Assembly: GCF_018350175.1 (NCBI RefSeq)
Contig: NC_058383.1
Span: 992,001-1,056,000 of the forward strand
Direction: 5' to 3'
Source: Felis catus
Lineage: Eukaryota
DNA length: 64,000 bases
The translations under genes were made by a program, and so were the position numbers. Positions 1 to 13,730 of this stretch are shown here, piece after piece. Within the stretch, counting starts at the first letter, position 1. Each line of letters begins with the position of its first letter. The notes beneath the pieces are model-generated. The model was not told where the DNA came from and made no database searches. It saw only the letters and a list, made by a program, of their open reading frames with translations.

Positions 1-2905
1 GGGCACTGTCCCCTTGTGGGGTGGAGGCGTTGTTCCCCAGAGGTCTGGGGGCACCGGCCCACTTGCGGGCGGGGTGGGGGCGCTGTCCCCAGCCTGGGGC
101 AGCCCTCCCGCTGAGCTAACCGGGCAGCCGCCCTGCGGTCATTAACCTGTGGAGGGTTCCTCCGGTGTCCTGCGGGGAGGGGGAGGGGGAGGGGGTGAGA
201 GGGAAAGGAGGCTGACGGCTGACCGTGCTTATAGCTTCCCTCCTCTTTGTGATTACACAATTTTTAGTAAGTTCTGGAACTACGTCTGAGTGCAGTTATC
301 AAGTCTGTTGCCGACTGTCTCGGACACTTGCTGAAAACGCGACTCCCCTGGGTATGGAAAGGCTCCCGCAAAACTTCCTAGGAAGGCAGCGGCCCCCAGC
401 CTTTGAACACCCACCTGCTCTGCGGGCAGCAAGTGCTGCCAGGACACCTCAGCTCTGGTCCCGAGGCTGGGCCTCGTCTCTTGGGGGGAGCCTGCGGGAG
501 CCTGCGCATGTGATGTCCCCTCACCGGAGAGGCCCTCCTCTGAGATCTCCCAGCTTTAAGCTGAGCAGCCAGCAGAGCGGGAGGCTGGAAGCCGGTTGCA
601 CAGACCTCTGCAAACACAAGAGTAGGACTAAAATGGCTCTGACCCTGTTCCCAGGCTGCTCATGCACGGTGACCAGATCCTCCACTGTCCCCACCGGGTC
701 TAGCTGGGGCACGGCTGGGAGCGAACAGAGGCGCTATTAATAATTACGCACAGCGTACGGCCACCGTCCGTGGCCCGCGGCAGAGCTCCTAAAGGAACTG
801 CTGTGGGGCCCGGCTCTCCAGACCAGAACCTCTGCTCTCTCCCCGAACGAAGCAGGCCTCTCGACACCTAGCTTCTAAAAACTGGAGCTCGTATTTGGGG
901 AGTGCTTACCAGGCCCCTCGACACAGGAAGCTGGGCCAGAGCGGAAAGCCCGTGGCCCGGGGCCACACGCCGCTCTCTGACCATGGGGTGTCCTGCCTCT
1001 CCAGTCAGGATGGAAACCTCCAGGGGATAGAGGGACGCGGCTCGAGGCCAGAGGCCAGCACGTAACTGTCAGCGTTGACCTGGCGTTCCCGCAAGTCAGA
1101 GCGCATGGTAGGTTGATGGAAGCCAAGGTACGTCCACCTGATGTGGGTCATGTGGGCTGTGGAGACTGACTGTACCTATTACATAGCGAGAAAGTGACAT
1201 CCTTGCCGAGATCGCTGTTGGGAAATCCGCTTGTTTGATTTACAGGTGGGAAGAGGGCCGTGCTGCCTCCGGGGCTGGGGGAGGGGGTCCTGGGGCTGCT
1301 GCACCCGTCCACGGCCCTAGGATGTCATTTGGAATCCTGAGAAAACAGCTGCCACCTGGCCCTTAAGGAGCCAACCACATAGCAGGGCCACGTCTTGGGG
1401 GCTGCTAGCAGGGGGGTGGGGGGCGAGCTCCTCCACGTTCGTGCGCGTGACAAAACCATGCTCCTTCTTCCTTAAACAGTGTTTCCTGGTTATTTCCTCT
1501 TGCTTGCTGCTGGCTCAAAGCCTAAAGCCACTTGTATAACTGGGCAGCCTCAGGCCGCGTGTGCCCACGGGGGTCTCAGGCCTGGGACCCAAATTACCAC
1601 CTGGGCATCAGTCCTCAGTCTAGATAAGAAAAAGGCTGGTTTTCCCTCTAACTGGAGATGCCAAGACACAGCCCCACTGGGGAGCAGAGTCCTGTCCCCT
1701 GGGGGCCCCATGTGCAAGCAGAACGTCCTGGAGTAGCAGGACAGGGTGAAATGGGCCAGGTGTCCTGTGTGTCCCCCAGCAGGCCTGGCCTGGCCCCCTT
1801 CCTCCCATACATGCCGGGGGGGGGGGGCGTGCCCAAGGGCTTCCCAGTTTTAATTAGAACCCAGCACACCAGGAAGCAACTCTGAGTACAGACAGCCAGC
1901 TGGTTGCTCCCTCGGAAATGACTGCAGGCGGTGATCAGATGAGGGGCTCTGAGCAACCCCCCCCCCCGCCCCGGGTAAGAGCACACCTAGTTAATGGCTA
2001 GGGGAGGTCGGGAACCCAGATGGGGTGCCAGGCCTGCCCAGAGTCTGAAATGGGAGACTTGGTCTGTTCTCAGGCCTTTGAATTTCTGAGCGAGTCTCTG
2101 TGTTTCCCCCTGGCCTGGGGTACCTGGAAGGAGCATGAGCCACACACCAAGTCAGTCAGGGAACAAAACAGCCCAAGAAACTAGTGCTCCCGTAGACAAA
2201 AGAGTGTGTGTCCCATCTCCTTCCAGGGAAAGGAAGCCTGTGGCCTGTACAGGCGCCCCGCTGGCCCGGACCGGGCGGCCTGGTCTCAGCCCCCCACAGC
2301 CCTTCCTGAGCGGGCAGACAAGCCTGCTCTCTTCCAGGGAGAGGGAGGCGGCTCTTTGTTTATGCGGCTCAGCCAGGTTGCCTGGCCCACTCACTGCTCT
2401 GCAATTGAGAGCAGTAAAAAGCAAAAAGCTATAAAATTCAAAACAACCCATCTGTGTAAGAACAGCTTCTTATCACACCCCAGGAAGGCGCAGCGTTTGC
2501 GATAGGGATCAGTATGTGCAAGCCCTCTACGTTGAAAACCTATGAAAACATCAGCCTTTCCGGAGTGTCTGGCTCCTGCCAGCTGGATGTTAATTGTAGC
2601 TGAAGCCTCTGCCCGTTATTACAAAAGGAAATAAACATTCAGGAGTCATTTTCAAAGCATTCTGATTGTTCTAGAACATTCATCTGAAGTTGAGTCTCAC
2701 GGTGCCCAGCGGGTCTATGTCAGATAGAAACAACCCACGGGACCATCAGCCCGGCCGGGCTGTCTGCCCAAGCAGGGTGCACCGCCCGGGCCTCGCAGCC
2801 CTGTGCCCCCCTCAAGAAGCTCTCCCACTCTCTGCTGTCCCTTCTACTACATGGGGTTGTGGTGCTCACCTTGGGGAGGAGCCTGTGACCTAATGGTCCT
2901 CCTCC

Positions 2906-2945
<40 letters not shown>
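2906..2945. repeat. (CCAG)10 microsatellite
   Basis: Read directly from the sequence. Confidence 0.95.
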
Positions 2946-5900
2946 GCTTCTGACACAAGTCACCCTCCCCCCCCCCTGCCGTTCAGAGAGCTTAGAGAGC
3001 TCAGAGAGCTCTCAGCAGGACTGGCTGGGGGGTGGGGACAGCAGTTAGGGAGGGCTCCCCGGGGCATTGATGCCAAAATAAAACTTCAGGAGTGAGTTAG
3101 CACTTCACAAAGGAACGGGGAATCGAGGAAAGGCAGTCTAGGCAAGGGACCAGTGTGTGCATACAGCAGTGGACAAGGGACGAGGGAAGCTGTGTTCGTT
3201 CACCCCCACCCGGCCCCGGCAGGGGGTGGGGGGGCAGGTGCCCGGCCCAGATGGGCCCCACACCAGAGGACAGGATTTCCTGATAACAAAGCAAGGAAAC
3301 CAGGTAAGGTTTTAGAGAGACCAGCTCAGCTACCTTTCAACGGCGTGACTCCTCTTTGCTGGTTTTTCACGTCTGCCGGGTCTGTGCGCGTGCAGGCAGG
3401 GTTCCCAGCAGGCATGACCCCTGCCCGTCCCTGCAGCAGCTCAGCCACCCCCCACCCATGCTGCTGGGACCCACTCCTGGCCCCGGTCCGCACGGAGATC
3501 ACTCTGCGCCTCAGCCAAGCGCATTCCCATTGCTTACAGACGTGTGGTTTTGACGGGCTGGTTTATACCATCTTGTCTTCTTTGAAAAGGCACAGAAAGC
3601 AAGCCGCCGATGTCTTGCCTCAAAATGCTTCTAACAGGCCGCCTAACGGGCGGGTGGGCCTTGCCAGCAGTGAAGAGGGCCAGTCGCTGCGGAGAGGCCT
3701 CTCCGGCGTCCTCCTAAGGGAGGGCTGGAAAAGAACGGACCAGAGCCGTCCTGCGTCCTGGCTTGTCTGCACGCCGTGAGCGCATGCGAGGGAAGCACAC
3801 GCGAGGGAAGCACACGCTTACTTATGCCCCAGTTGAATGTGAGTGAAACACCAGGAAAATCGCTGTGTGTCACCAAAGCCCTAACCCAGCCGCAGAGCCT
3901 GTGAACTCACTCCTGTCCCCCGACAGCCCCGCTGGGCCTGCGACTGGTGGTCACGTGCTCACACCTGCCTCCCGGTGATTCGGAGCGCAGGTTCACGCAC
4001 CAGCGTTCTGGGCACCCAGCGCGCCTGGGGAGGAGGGTGCGGGCTCAGATCCTCCTCGTCCCCACGCTGGGGACTCACCCAGGCCCACCCGGTCGCGCTC
4101 CAGGTACCTGAGCTCCTAAGCTGGGGAAACTGAGGCAGCACAGAACCTGTCACGGGCACCACCCGGTGGGTGAGCAGAGCCTCACCCCGGAGGCTCCACA
4201 GGGCTGTCCTGAGAGCTCGCTGAGCCAGGTCACGGGCACTAACTGAGCCCCCTCTGCAAGGCTCAAGTCTCCGCGTAAGTGGCCTCCTGTACCGTGGAGG
4301 TCCTGCTGCAAAGTCTCCTGTGCGGGACGGGAGTTGGCCAGGGCAGTGCCTGAAAGCAGAGGCATCGAGGACCGGTGCTCTCCTGCCCCAGGCAGCCTAC
4401 CTGCAGCCCCGCTGTGCTGTCCCCGTCTGTCCCCCTCCGTCACCCAGGCCTGGCCATCACCCCTGCTGCTCTGGACACTAGGCCACCACTGCCACTGTGC
4501 ACCTGCTCCCGCAGCAGGGCCTCACGGTTGTCTGCAGAGTGACCCCTACGGAGGCGGCATGTTCAGGGCCCACGGGCCGCCAGGCCAGCACCAGACACCC
4601 CTCCCCCCCCGTCAGGGCCTCCAGGTCTGTGAGTCGCTTGGCCTTGTCCAGCTGCTCGTGCCCCAGGCGGGGGACAGACAGCCCTTGGACACTCATGTGC
4701 TGAGCTGGCAGTCCAGCCAAAGAACCTCCTGACCCAGCACAGGGGGGCCCTCGGCTCGAGGGCGACCCCCCCCACGTGACCAGGAGCGGCCGGGACACCT
4801 CCTGGGCCTGGAAATGGCAAGTCTAGGAAAGCACCTTCGTGAAAAATAATTATTGAAGCCCAGAGGTGGTCTTGGAAGTAAATGGCTTTTCTTTTCTACC
4901 TGAGAGCATTTGTAGTAAATGACTGTCACCCAGCTGAGGACACACAGGCCTCTGTAGGGGATGCAGGGAGACAGAGGGCTCCGGAAACTAAGTCCCTAGA
5001 AATGCTCAGACACCTGCACGCCCGGTGGCCTCTCGCTCCATCCTCCACAAGCGTTAGTCAGGCCTCCCCTGCCCTGCCAGGGGTGGCTACCGTATTACTG
5101 CGCCCTCTGAGAGGCTGGCCCGAGGTCACCCCGTGAGCCCGCAGAGAGGCCCGGATGGCAAAGCCGTGGCACCAAGTCCACAAATGGAATGCCAGCTTTG
5201 ATCAAGAAACCCTGCCCTTGTGGACCTCGGCCTCGCTCTCCTCTACGGGTCCCAGAGGTGACCCCTCCACGCTGGAGCGTCGAGCACAGCCTTGTTTCCT
5301 CCGAAGGGTTCCCGCCGCACAGCCAGCCTCGTGCAGGGGTGCCCCCTCAGCCTCCGGGTCCTCTCAGGTTTTTCTGGACGAACAGGCCATTTGTGACCTC
5401 TCGCCCCTCTGGGATGCGCAGCCAAGCCGCCGAAGGGTTCGCGGTAATGGTCCGAGTCGGCTGAAGGCTCACCCCGGGTGGGGGGCTTCGTGCAGCCATC
5501 TCTCAGGCCAGTCCCGGCGCCTGCTTCCACCAGGCAGCTTCCTCCGCCCTCCCCCACCTCGGTCACCTGTCGACTGGCCCCACAGGCCTGGATCCGTGCT
5601 GCCCCGAAGCCGTTTGAAGAGGCCTGGGAAGGGGAGTGGCCACTGGAGAGGCCAGCCCAGTCCTTATGGTGCGGAGGCTTTCTTCTGAGTGTGATTAGAG
5701 AACGAAACACACAGAAAGCTCTCGGAGAGAGAGGGGGTACGTGAGTCACCTTTACAGGAAAAGCCAGAATGAACTCATAACCTGGTCTTTCTTGGACAGC
5801 CGCAAGCAGGTGCGTGGTCGCTGGCCTGGAGAGCGCCTCCCTTTTGCCGCCCGGCCCAGATACTGGCGCACAGCACTCCTGCAGCCCCCGCCCTGCGCTG

Positions 5901-8349
5901 GCCTGTCACCACCGAGTCCCGCTTCTGGACCAGCAGAGGGTGGGGGCCCGGCGGTCCTGCTGCGCCCATTCCTGCCAATGTGCCAGGGGCACCTGGCTTT
6001 GTGCACCCAGGCCGGCTGGCGGTCTGGGCTCACCAGACCGCAGAGAAGCGCAGACCCATCTCGGCGGGGGTCTTGAGGATGCATGGAGATCCGGGGTGGG
6101 ATGGGGAGGGGGCCTCTCGGAAGATGTTCGCAGCTTTTCGTGTGCTTCTTGGCTCCGGTGGCGTGAGGTCGGGAAGGGGCTCCGACCTGGAACACCCACC
6201 CTGGGAGGAGGGGAGAGGTTCGGGGACGGACCCAGCGCTCAGCTGCGGTGAAACGGTGGGCTGGCAGGAGCAGGGGCTCACGGGGGGCCCTGGGTGCCGG
6301 TCCGTGGGCACAGCCATCGCTGTGGGTGCAGACAGGGCACCTGGATGGACATGATGGGGTGTCAGTCCTGAAGGAATCTTGGAAGAGGCTTTGGGAGGCT
6401 AGAGGCAGGGCCAGCAGAGGCAGAGTGGCACCCAGGGAGTGGGGGCGGGAAGGGCAGAGCAGGCCAGGCGTCTCTGCCAATGGACCCTTCCGGAAAGGGC
6501 TCTAAAGCGTGTGGAAAAGGAGGGCGGGCACAAGGGGCCAGGGAGGCAGTGGGGAGCTCCAGCAAGGAAGGGCCCAGAGGTCCTAGTGGGAAGGTGTGGT
6601 GACAGGACTGGCCTGTTTGGAGAGCCAGCCTGGATGGGAGGCCCACTGGGGTCCCCGCTGACCCTGACACCGTCAGCTGAGGGGCTGCGGCAGGTGGCAG
6701 GGCCCGGAAGTTGGGATTGTCGATCCTGCCATTTGGGGAGAACGTGGCAGATTTCCAAATGAAAACGGGTGGAGAGTGGAGCGCAGGCCTGCTCGGCCCT
6801 GGAGAGGCCGCCTCCCCGCCGGCTGTGCCCCAAGTTCCTCTTTCGCCGAAGGAAGTGAACCGAGAACTGGCGAGCTGGAAAGGTGGTCTGAGGCCTGCGC
6901 GGGAGGGCGGGAGCCAAACCATTGTTCCCAGGTTGGCCTGCTTCCCGGGCAGCCTGAGGGGAAGTCTCTGTTCCCGGGTTCCTGGACTTGCAAAACCAGA
7001 GTGCACAAAAGGGAAGTGGGGTCACCGCAAGGAACCGGGGACCAGAGAAAGGCAGGGCCAGGAAGGGGGCGGGCGTGGGGGCGTCTGCGGGCTCCCAGGT
7101 GCGGAGCGGCGGGCAGCGGCCCCGAGGAACAGCACCGGGGCCGGGCCCTGACCGGGCGGCACCCCCACCCACGGTCTCCGCAATGTCTGTGCTGTGACGA
7201 GCGCCACCGGCTCCAAGACCTGAGCGTGTTTTTCTCACTGGCCCGTCCTGCTCGCTTGACACGCGGCAGTTCTGGCCTCCTGAGCACGTCCACCGTGCCA
7301 CGTGCCCACACCCCGGGCTCGGCTGGCTCTGCCAGCCATGCTCCCCGGGACCCACGTTCTGTCTGCACAGGGTGCGGGCGAGCCCATCTTGAGGCAGGTG
7401 CTTGGCCGTCCGGGAGCCTCCGTGACAGTGGCACCCTCCGCCTCCCCCACTCCCCCTCCAAAGACAGGGATGAGCTTCGGCAAATGCCAGACAGACGGCC
7501 CCGTTTGTGACACAAGGCGGCTCCTCACCGCTGGCCTCCCCGGAGGATTGCCGGAACGAAAGGACGAGGCCTCTCGTCAGGCCTAGAGAAAGCGAACCGT
7601 CTGCATCCAGATCACGGCCGCCCGTGTACTTGACCCACGTGGGAACCATGCATGCGCAGCACTCCCTCCGACAAGCGAGCTGGGGCCACACGAGCACGTG
7701 AACTAGGAAGGAGGCTCTCAACAGACCGCGTTCCGGCTGAGGTTTTCCCAAGAACGGAGCCATCCTCAGCCCAGCGCGGCGGCCCGCCAGCGGCCCTTCC
7801 TGCGGCCCCACGGGGCAGCCGTGGGCAGTCAGGGCCGCGGCTCTGACCCCGCGGCCGGGAGGCTCCAGGCCGGCTGTGTTCCACAGCGACGTCGAGAAGA
7901 CACCCACCCTTCTTCCTGCCGGTCCCGAGCCTGGCCCTCAGCCACCGCTGCCCGCTTTGGAGAGCTCTCGGGGCCACGCCCCAGGGCAGGCGGCCACGGC
8001 CCCTCTCCATGGTGACTGGGTAACTCTCAGGGAGGCCCGCGTTCCGCCCTTAGTGGCCACCCAGCTTCCTCGCAGAGGGAAAAAAGGAACTCGTCCGTGC
8101 ACACGCCCAGCACCCCGAGTGTCCGGAGCGGCCACGTGGGCTCCAGACGAGCCTCATCGCACCGGCCCCGCCACCCAGTGCGGGCCGGGGGCGCAGAGGG
8201 GGGAGGAAGCGGGCGCTCCCGAAACCGGAGCGGCAGGGCAGGAGCCTGATCCGACGGTGCCGGCCGGCCCTTCCAGGCACAACCCTCATTCCGTGAAACC
8301 GGCTGTAAACAGAGCTGGGGAGGGGCCGCCGTGCCTGCCAAGGGAGGCA

Positions 8350-8685
8350 GAGACCGAGTGATTTACTGGAGGAAAACAAGTGTGCGTCCACACTGGGCAC
8401 CGAGCGCACACACGCGCCCGCGCAGGAAGCCAGCGCTGCACGGCTGCGGCTGATAAGCTCCCGGGGGTAGGGTGGGGTGAGGGTGGGGGGCAGAGAAACA
8501 GGATCCTCTCGGCCTCCTTGGCTGCTCACGGACGGGGTCTGCGGTCCAGGCGCACAGAAACGCGGGGCTCGGGATAAAGGTAAGCAGCCTGCGCCGAAGG
8601 CTCCGCTATGGCTGCACCTATGGCTGCACCGGGGACAGGCGGCCGGGAGGGGCTGGGCCGGGGGGGACGCCCTGAGCGGTGAGTG
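8350..8685 (+). promoter_or_regulatory. Candidate GPR146 proximal promoter / non-coding 5' exon
   Basis: CpG-dense block with ETS-like (caggaag) and GATA (gataag) motifs and two consensus donors, AAG|GTAAGC (~8580) and GCG|GTGAGT (~8679), about 2.5 kb upstream of the coding-exon acceptor. Inference only; no transcript data. Confidence 0.35.
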
Positions 8686-11140
8686 CCGAGTGTCCCCCGC
8701 CCCCCCTCCCGCCACACCTGAACCGGGAGGGAAGCACGGGCTCGTCACACCAGGTGCGCGAATCCTGGGGTCCCGGCCTGGGCGCCGAGCGCGAGCCCGC
8801 CTTTCTCGCTAGCAACTACCCTGTGCGAGTTCAACGCCGGTCTTAAAGATGCCGGAAGGCCCTTCCTTTTGTGGGGCTGCGGCTCCACGTCTGGTCTCCT
8901 TACGAGGAGGGAGGCCGGTACACGAGAGTAGGTGCGACACCTCGGGCAGACCCCACGGGCCCTGGGGTAGCATGTGAGCCAGGCAGGGCCAGACCAGAGG
9001 GGGTCTGCCTGTGGGCTGACCACGGCAGAGACGGATGCGATGGGATGTGAAACGTCTAGTGGCCACAAGAATGCGCCGTGTTTCCTGGGGACTCGAGGCC
9101 TGTGAAGTCTGGTGGACAAGCTCTCCACAGCCATGGGCCCCCGTTCGCTGTCCCCCGGTTATGGTCAGAGCCATGGTTCGGCGGGCGGGAGCCCAGAACA
9201 GAGAGGAGACTGCACTTAAACATCCACAGCCAGCTCCGGATGAGTTCAGGAAGGAGAGTGGAAACCAGCCGTGTAATCAGCTAAAAGATGACACAACCAG
9301 CTTTGGGAGACCAAAGCTTCCTGTAGGAACCACAGGTGTTCCGGGAACATGCCAGCAGCCCAGTGCCCCCCTGCACCCCAGGATCCGGTTCCTGGGGTGC
9401 AGGGCGCCCACCAGGGCCAGAAGCTGAGGAGCGTGGTCTAGATTTAGGGACCCAACCTATGCTGTGGATTACAGCAAACACTTCTAAAAGTGATGTAATC
9501 AGCACGTGTGGGCAGAATCCGGCCGGCCCGGCCCCGAGCATCACTCCCGTCTGACGGGCTGCTGGGCGGCATTCACGGGGATTACAAAACACTCCCACTG
9601 ACTCGATGTCCCTGAACGGGAGCTCACGCACCAACTGCCCACCTGCCCATCACAGCCGATGCAGGCGCACTCCTGTTGTGGGGACCCCAACCTCCCTTTA
9701 CTTCCTGGTTAACCCCCTGGCGCCCCACGGGCTCACTGCCTCGGGAGAAATCAGCAGGTAGATGTCTGTTCACCGCCTGATCCCCACCCGACCCCCCCAC
9801 CCCCACGCCAGGCTCCAGCCTGCAGTGCAGCAGCAGGTGTGGGCAGGGCCTGGCCCCCGAGCCCCTTCAGGGGCTGGGGTCCGGCACCAACAGCAACGGG
9901 GCTGGCAGAACCCTCAGCCCCTACGCCCAGGAGACAAACGTGCACTTTGCACGTGTTCGCCCGAGAGGATTTCTTATTCTGAGAGCAGGAGATCAGGATG
10001 GGCCGAAATTCATTTTTCACGGAAGGTTTTCCTCCAAAGGACCGTGACGCGTGAAGATTGTGCTCTTTCCTCACGTGTGGGTCCTCCCGGCCAGCCGCAC
10101 ACCCACGCCTCCTGTGTGCTAGACCACGGGCCACTGGGTTGCACTCCAGCGGGGAGGGGGGGCGGGGGGAGCGCAGCGCAAGGTTCCCTCCGAGGGAGCC
10201 CCATCACCGGGGCCCCGTGGCGGCCCGGTGGACACCAAGGCGTGAGCCTCTCACCCACGGTGGCCACCCCCACTTCCGCGCTCCTCCTCAGGTGGGGCCC
10301 CCACCCCCTGGCTTAGCGCCTCCTGCTCTCCCAGCTGCGTTCGGGGCACACCTGTCACACGCCAGCCTGTGCAGCTGCCCGCGACCTGCTCCCACGTGTG
10401 CACCCACACCCGCTCTCGGGGACAGAGGCGCAGCGTGCTGGTGCAGCCCAGGTGGCAGGAGAGACGGGGCGGGTCTCTGGCCACCAGACCGCAGACACAG
10501 GTGTGGAGGGCGGGCGGACGCACAATTCCCACACACGCCACGAAGGGTCCGGGCAGGGCTGTGGCGGCCTGCTGTTCCCACCCAGGAGGCTGTGGAGGGT
10601 CACCCTGTCGTGGGAAGGCCCATACACATCACGGCCCTGCGTGCCGCGCCACGGGCACCCGTCCTTCTAAAACCCCTTTCAGTAAAGAGGCTGAAAAGGA
10701 GGTGGTCACGGGGCTCGCTTGAAGCCACTGGGTGGTGGGGGGCAGGACGGGAGCCCAGGACTGGGGGTGGGGAGCCCTGCAGGGTGTCCCCGCGTGGCGG
10801 AGAGAAGCCAGGACGGGAGGCAGCGTGAAGGCTGCCCGAAGCGGCTTCCCCGGCGGGATCTCGGGCGCATCATCCAGTGCTCAGATTTCTCTAGAAACGG
10901 GCTCGGGGAGGCTCGCCGCGGCCGTTAGGGTCACGGCAGCATCGGGACCTTGCGGGCCCAGCTCAGGACCTAAGGCAGCCACGGACAGCGACCTGGCTCT
11001 CCCAGAACACGCACGCTCGGGACGGAGTTCTTCTGGAAGGGCCCGCGGTCTCTAGCCCTTGCCCTGCTAGGTTAAGGGGCGAGGCTCCCTTCGGGCACCA
11101 CCTCTGCATCTCTGAGGGGCTGGCGGGGCCCGGGGCTCTG

Positions 11141-11168
11141 GCTAACCTTCCGCTGCTTTCTCCCGCAG
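11141..11168 (+). other. GPR146: Branch point, polypyrimidine tract and splice acceptor of the GPR146 coding exon
   Basis: gctaac (branch-like) followed by cttccgctgctttctcccgcag; the AG at 11167-11168 lies 9 nt before the ATG. Confidence 0.85.
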
Positions 11169-11177
11169 CCCGCCGTC

Positions 11178-12179
11178 ATGTGGAGCTGCGGCCCGCTCAA
11201 CGGCACGGGCGGCGCGGAGGACCAGCCGCTGTGCCAGCACCTGCATCTGGTCCTGTCCGTCTTCTCCCTGCTCTACCTGGTGGCCGGCGTCCCCGTCGGC
11301 CTGGGCTACAACGCCCTGCTCGTCCTGGTCAACCTGCACGACCAGAGCAGCATGACCATGCCCGACGTCTACTTCGTCAACATGGCCGTGGCGGGCCTGG
11401 TGCTCAGCGCCCTGGCGCCCGTGCACCTGCTGGGCCCCACCGCCTCCGGGTGGGCCCTGTGGGGCTTCGGCAGCGAGGCCCACGTCACGCTGCTGGTGCT
11501 GTTCAACGTCTCCTCCCTGGTGACCATGTACTCCACGGCCCTGCTCAGCCTCGACTGCTACATCGAGCGGGCGCTGCCGCGCACCTACATGTCCAGCGTC
11601 TACAACACGCGACACGTGTGCGGCTTCGTCTGGGGCGGGGCCCTGCTCACCAGCTTCTCCTCCCTGCTCTTCTACGTCTGCAGCCACGTGGCCGCCAGGA
11701 TCGTCGAGTGCTCCAAGATGCGGGACGCGCAGGCCGCGGACGCCATCATGGTGTTCATCGGCTACGTGGTCCCCGCCCTGGCCGTGTTCTACGCGCTGGC
11801 GCTCATCTCGAGGATCCGGAAGGCGGACACGCCGCTCGACCAGGACGCGGGGAGGCCGGACCCCTCGGTGCACAGGCTCCTGGTGGCCACCGTGTGCACG
11901 CAGTTCGGGCTCTGGACGCCTCACTACCTGACCCTCCTGGGGCACACGCTGCTGGCCTTGCGGGGGAAGCCCGTTGACAGGCACCACCTGGGGATCCTGC
12001 TCTTCGCCAAGGACGTGGCGAGATTCCTGGCCTTCTCCAGCAGCTCCGTGGTGCCGCTCCTTTACCGCTACATCAACAGAAACTTCCCCAGCAAACTCCG
12101 GCGGCTGATAAAGAAAATGCACTGCGGGCGCCAGAGCTGCTCCCCGGACCAAGCAGGGGTACAGCAGGTGATGGCGTAG
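11178..12179 (+). CDS. GPR146: G protein-coupled receptor 146 (class A GPCR), single coding exon, 333 aa
   Basis: Intact [13 protein letters not shown]...GVQQVMA with 7 hydrophobic segments. Recognisable GPR146 motifs: [74 protein letters not shown]. Strong GC3 codon bias. Confidence 0.98.
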   Translation: MWSCGPLNGTGGAEDQPLCQHLHLVLSVFSLLYLVAGVPVGLGYNALLVLVNLHDQSSMTMPDVYFVNMAVAGLVLSALAPVHLLGPTASGWALWGFGSEAHVTLLVLFNVSSLVTMYSTALLSLDCYIERALPRTYMSSVYNTRHVCGFVWGGALLTSFSSLLFYVCSHVAARIVECSKMRDAQAADAIMVFIGYVVPALAVFYALALISRIRKADTPLDQDAGRPDPSVHRLLVATVCTQFGLWTPHYLTLLGHTLLALRGKPVDRHHLGILLFAKDVARFLAFSSSSVVPLLYRYINRNFPSKLRRLIKKMHCGRQSCSPDQAGVQQVMA

Positions 12180-13730
12180 AGCCGGCGGCTGGGGTCACGG
12201 CCGCTCGCTGAGCGCGGGTCCTGGGGCCGCCACCAGTGCCCCGGTGGGGTCATCGGACGGGCAGTCAACGGCGTACTTCCCGGAGGCACGGTCCGGGCCC
12301 CCTCCTGGGAGACAGGCGACCGACACTTGACCTGGATGCACAGCACTTTGTCACTGCCCGCTCTGTCACGCTCTTCCCCAGGACGTCACTGAGGCCGGGA
12401 CCCAGAACAGCACGAGGCGTGTTCTCTCCAAGTTTTCTGCTTCCAGACAGGCCGCTCTTAGGCCAAGGCCACGCGGTCCAAGGCGGGAGGGGCCTGGCGT
12501 GAAAAACAGCTGCCTGCCCACCTGCTTCGGGCGGACGCACTGCTCGGTCGTGCGGGGCCACACCCGCAATAGCGTCCTCAGCCTGGCCGCCTCCACCCTG
12601 GGTTTCTGAACGAAGTCAGGAGAATCCAAATCCAGTGTTTATATTCTGCGCCGGCAAAATACCCGATTCCGTCTCTTGCGCTTATAAAAAGATTCGAGAG
12701 AAGTCACCAAAGCCTGAAAGCGAAGGAAGCAACACGAAGGGCACTCCCGTTGGACGGACGGGCGGGCTCCTGCTACCGCAGGGTCGTGCTGGGTGGGGTG
12801 AGGCGGGGAGAGGCGCGTGCCGTGCCACGCACACAGGCAGCGTGCAAATGCTTCAGAAGGACAGGGCCAGCAGTGTGGCTGGTCTTAGGCGGAGGGCCCT
12901 TAACTGGTACCCCTGCTGCCCTCCCCGGTGACCTCAGCTAACCGTCTTCAGTAGAAGCCAACTCCCCAAAGTGTGCACAAAACCCCACGCTAATAGTAAA
13001 CCGAAGAGAGGAAAGCGCGGTGAGGATTTCCAACCTAACACAGAAGCTGGGAGGGACCGCCTGGGGAGTCACAGGCCTGCAAGGCGGAGCCCGGTCTGGC
13101 ACGGGGGCAGAGCGTGGGGCCACCACTGCCACCTCACACCCGACAACAGCCTGCTTCGCCAGACGCGGCGCGTGCCTGGATCCTTCCACGCCGCGTCCCA
13201 TAAACACCTGCTCTAAAACCGTGGCAGAAGCCCCCTGCTCTCCTCGACACCATCCGCTCACCTGCACCCCGACGTCACGACGCACCACAGGCCTGCAGCC
13301 CCCCAACTGCACCTCTGAAACCCACAAAGCTCTAAAAACAGGAAGATTTGTTTGTCAAGTTTGCGGCACATTCCCTTGGTAGCAAACCTTGAGCTGAAGT
13401 GGTAGGAGAGCGCTTTTCTGAGGAAAGAGGAGCGTGAATGTGATTACGGGGCACTGGCCCGGCCCCACAGGGCCCCGTAACACGCAGCACACACAGCATG
13501 TTAACTGCGTGCGCGCAAACGCAGAGAACAGGTGAACGTAGGTCGTTTGCCAAAAGCAGCCGGAAGCATGCACACGCCTTAAGATCTCATTCGCGTGTCA
13601 CCCTACGCTTTCCTGCGGGGTTACGGTGACAGGGAGCGGCTGGGGCTGGCAGCTTGGGAACTCCAACCCGCGTTTAGGTTTGTGCCTCCAAAAATGTGTT
13701 GCTTTTTGTCGCTGCTCAGCAATACACTGT

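Noticed and set aside
6399..7907. 502-aa minus-strand ORF
   Set aside because: Low-complexity Pro/Arg/Gly/Ala content, no recognisable domain, non-ATG start; stops are simply rare at this GC content.
11142..12152. 336-aa antisense ORF over GPR146
   Set aside because: Mirror ORF expected from the extreme GC3 bias of the sense CDS; no independent protein features.
13721..13726. AATACA as GPR146 polyA signal
   Set aside because: Weak variant at the edge of an L1 tail; cannot be assigned without transcript data.
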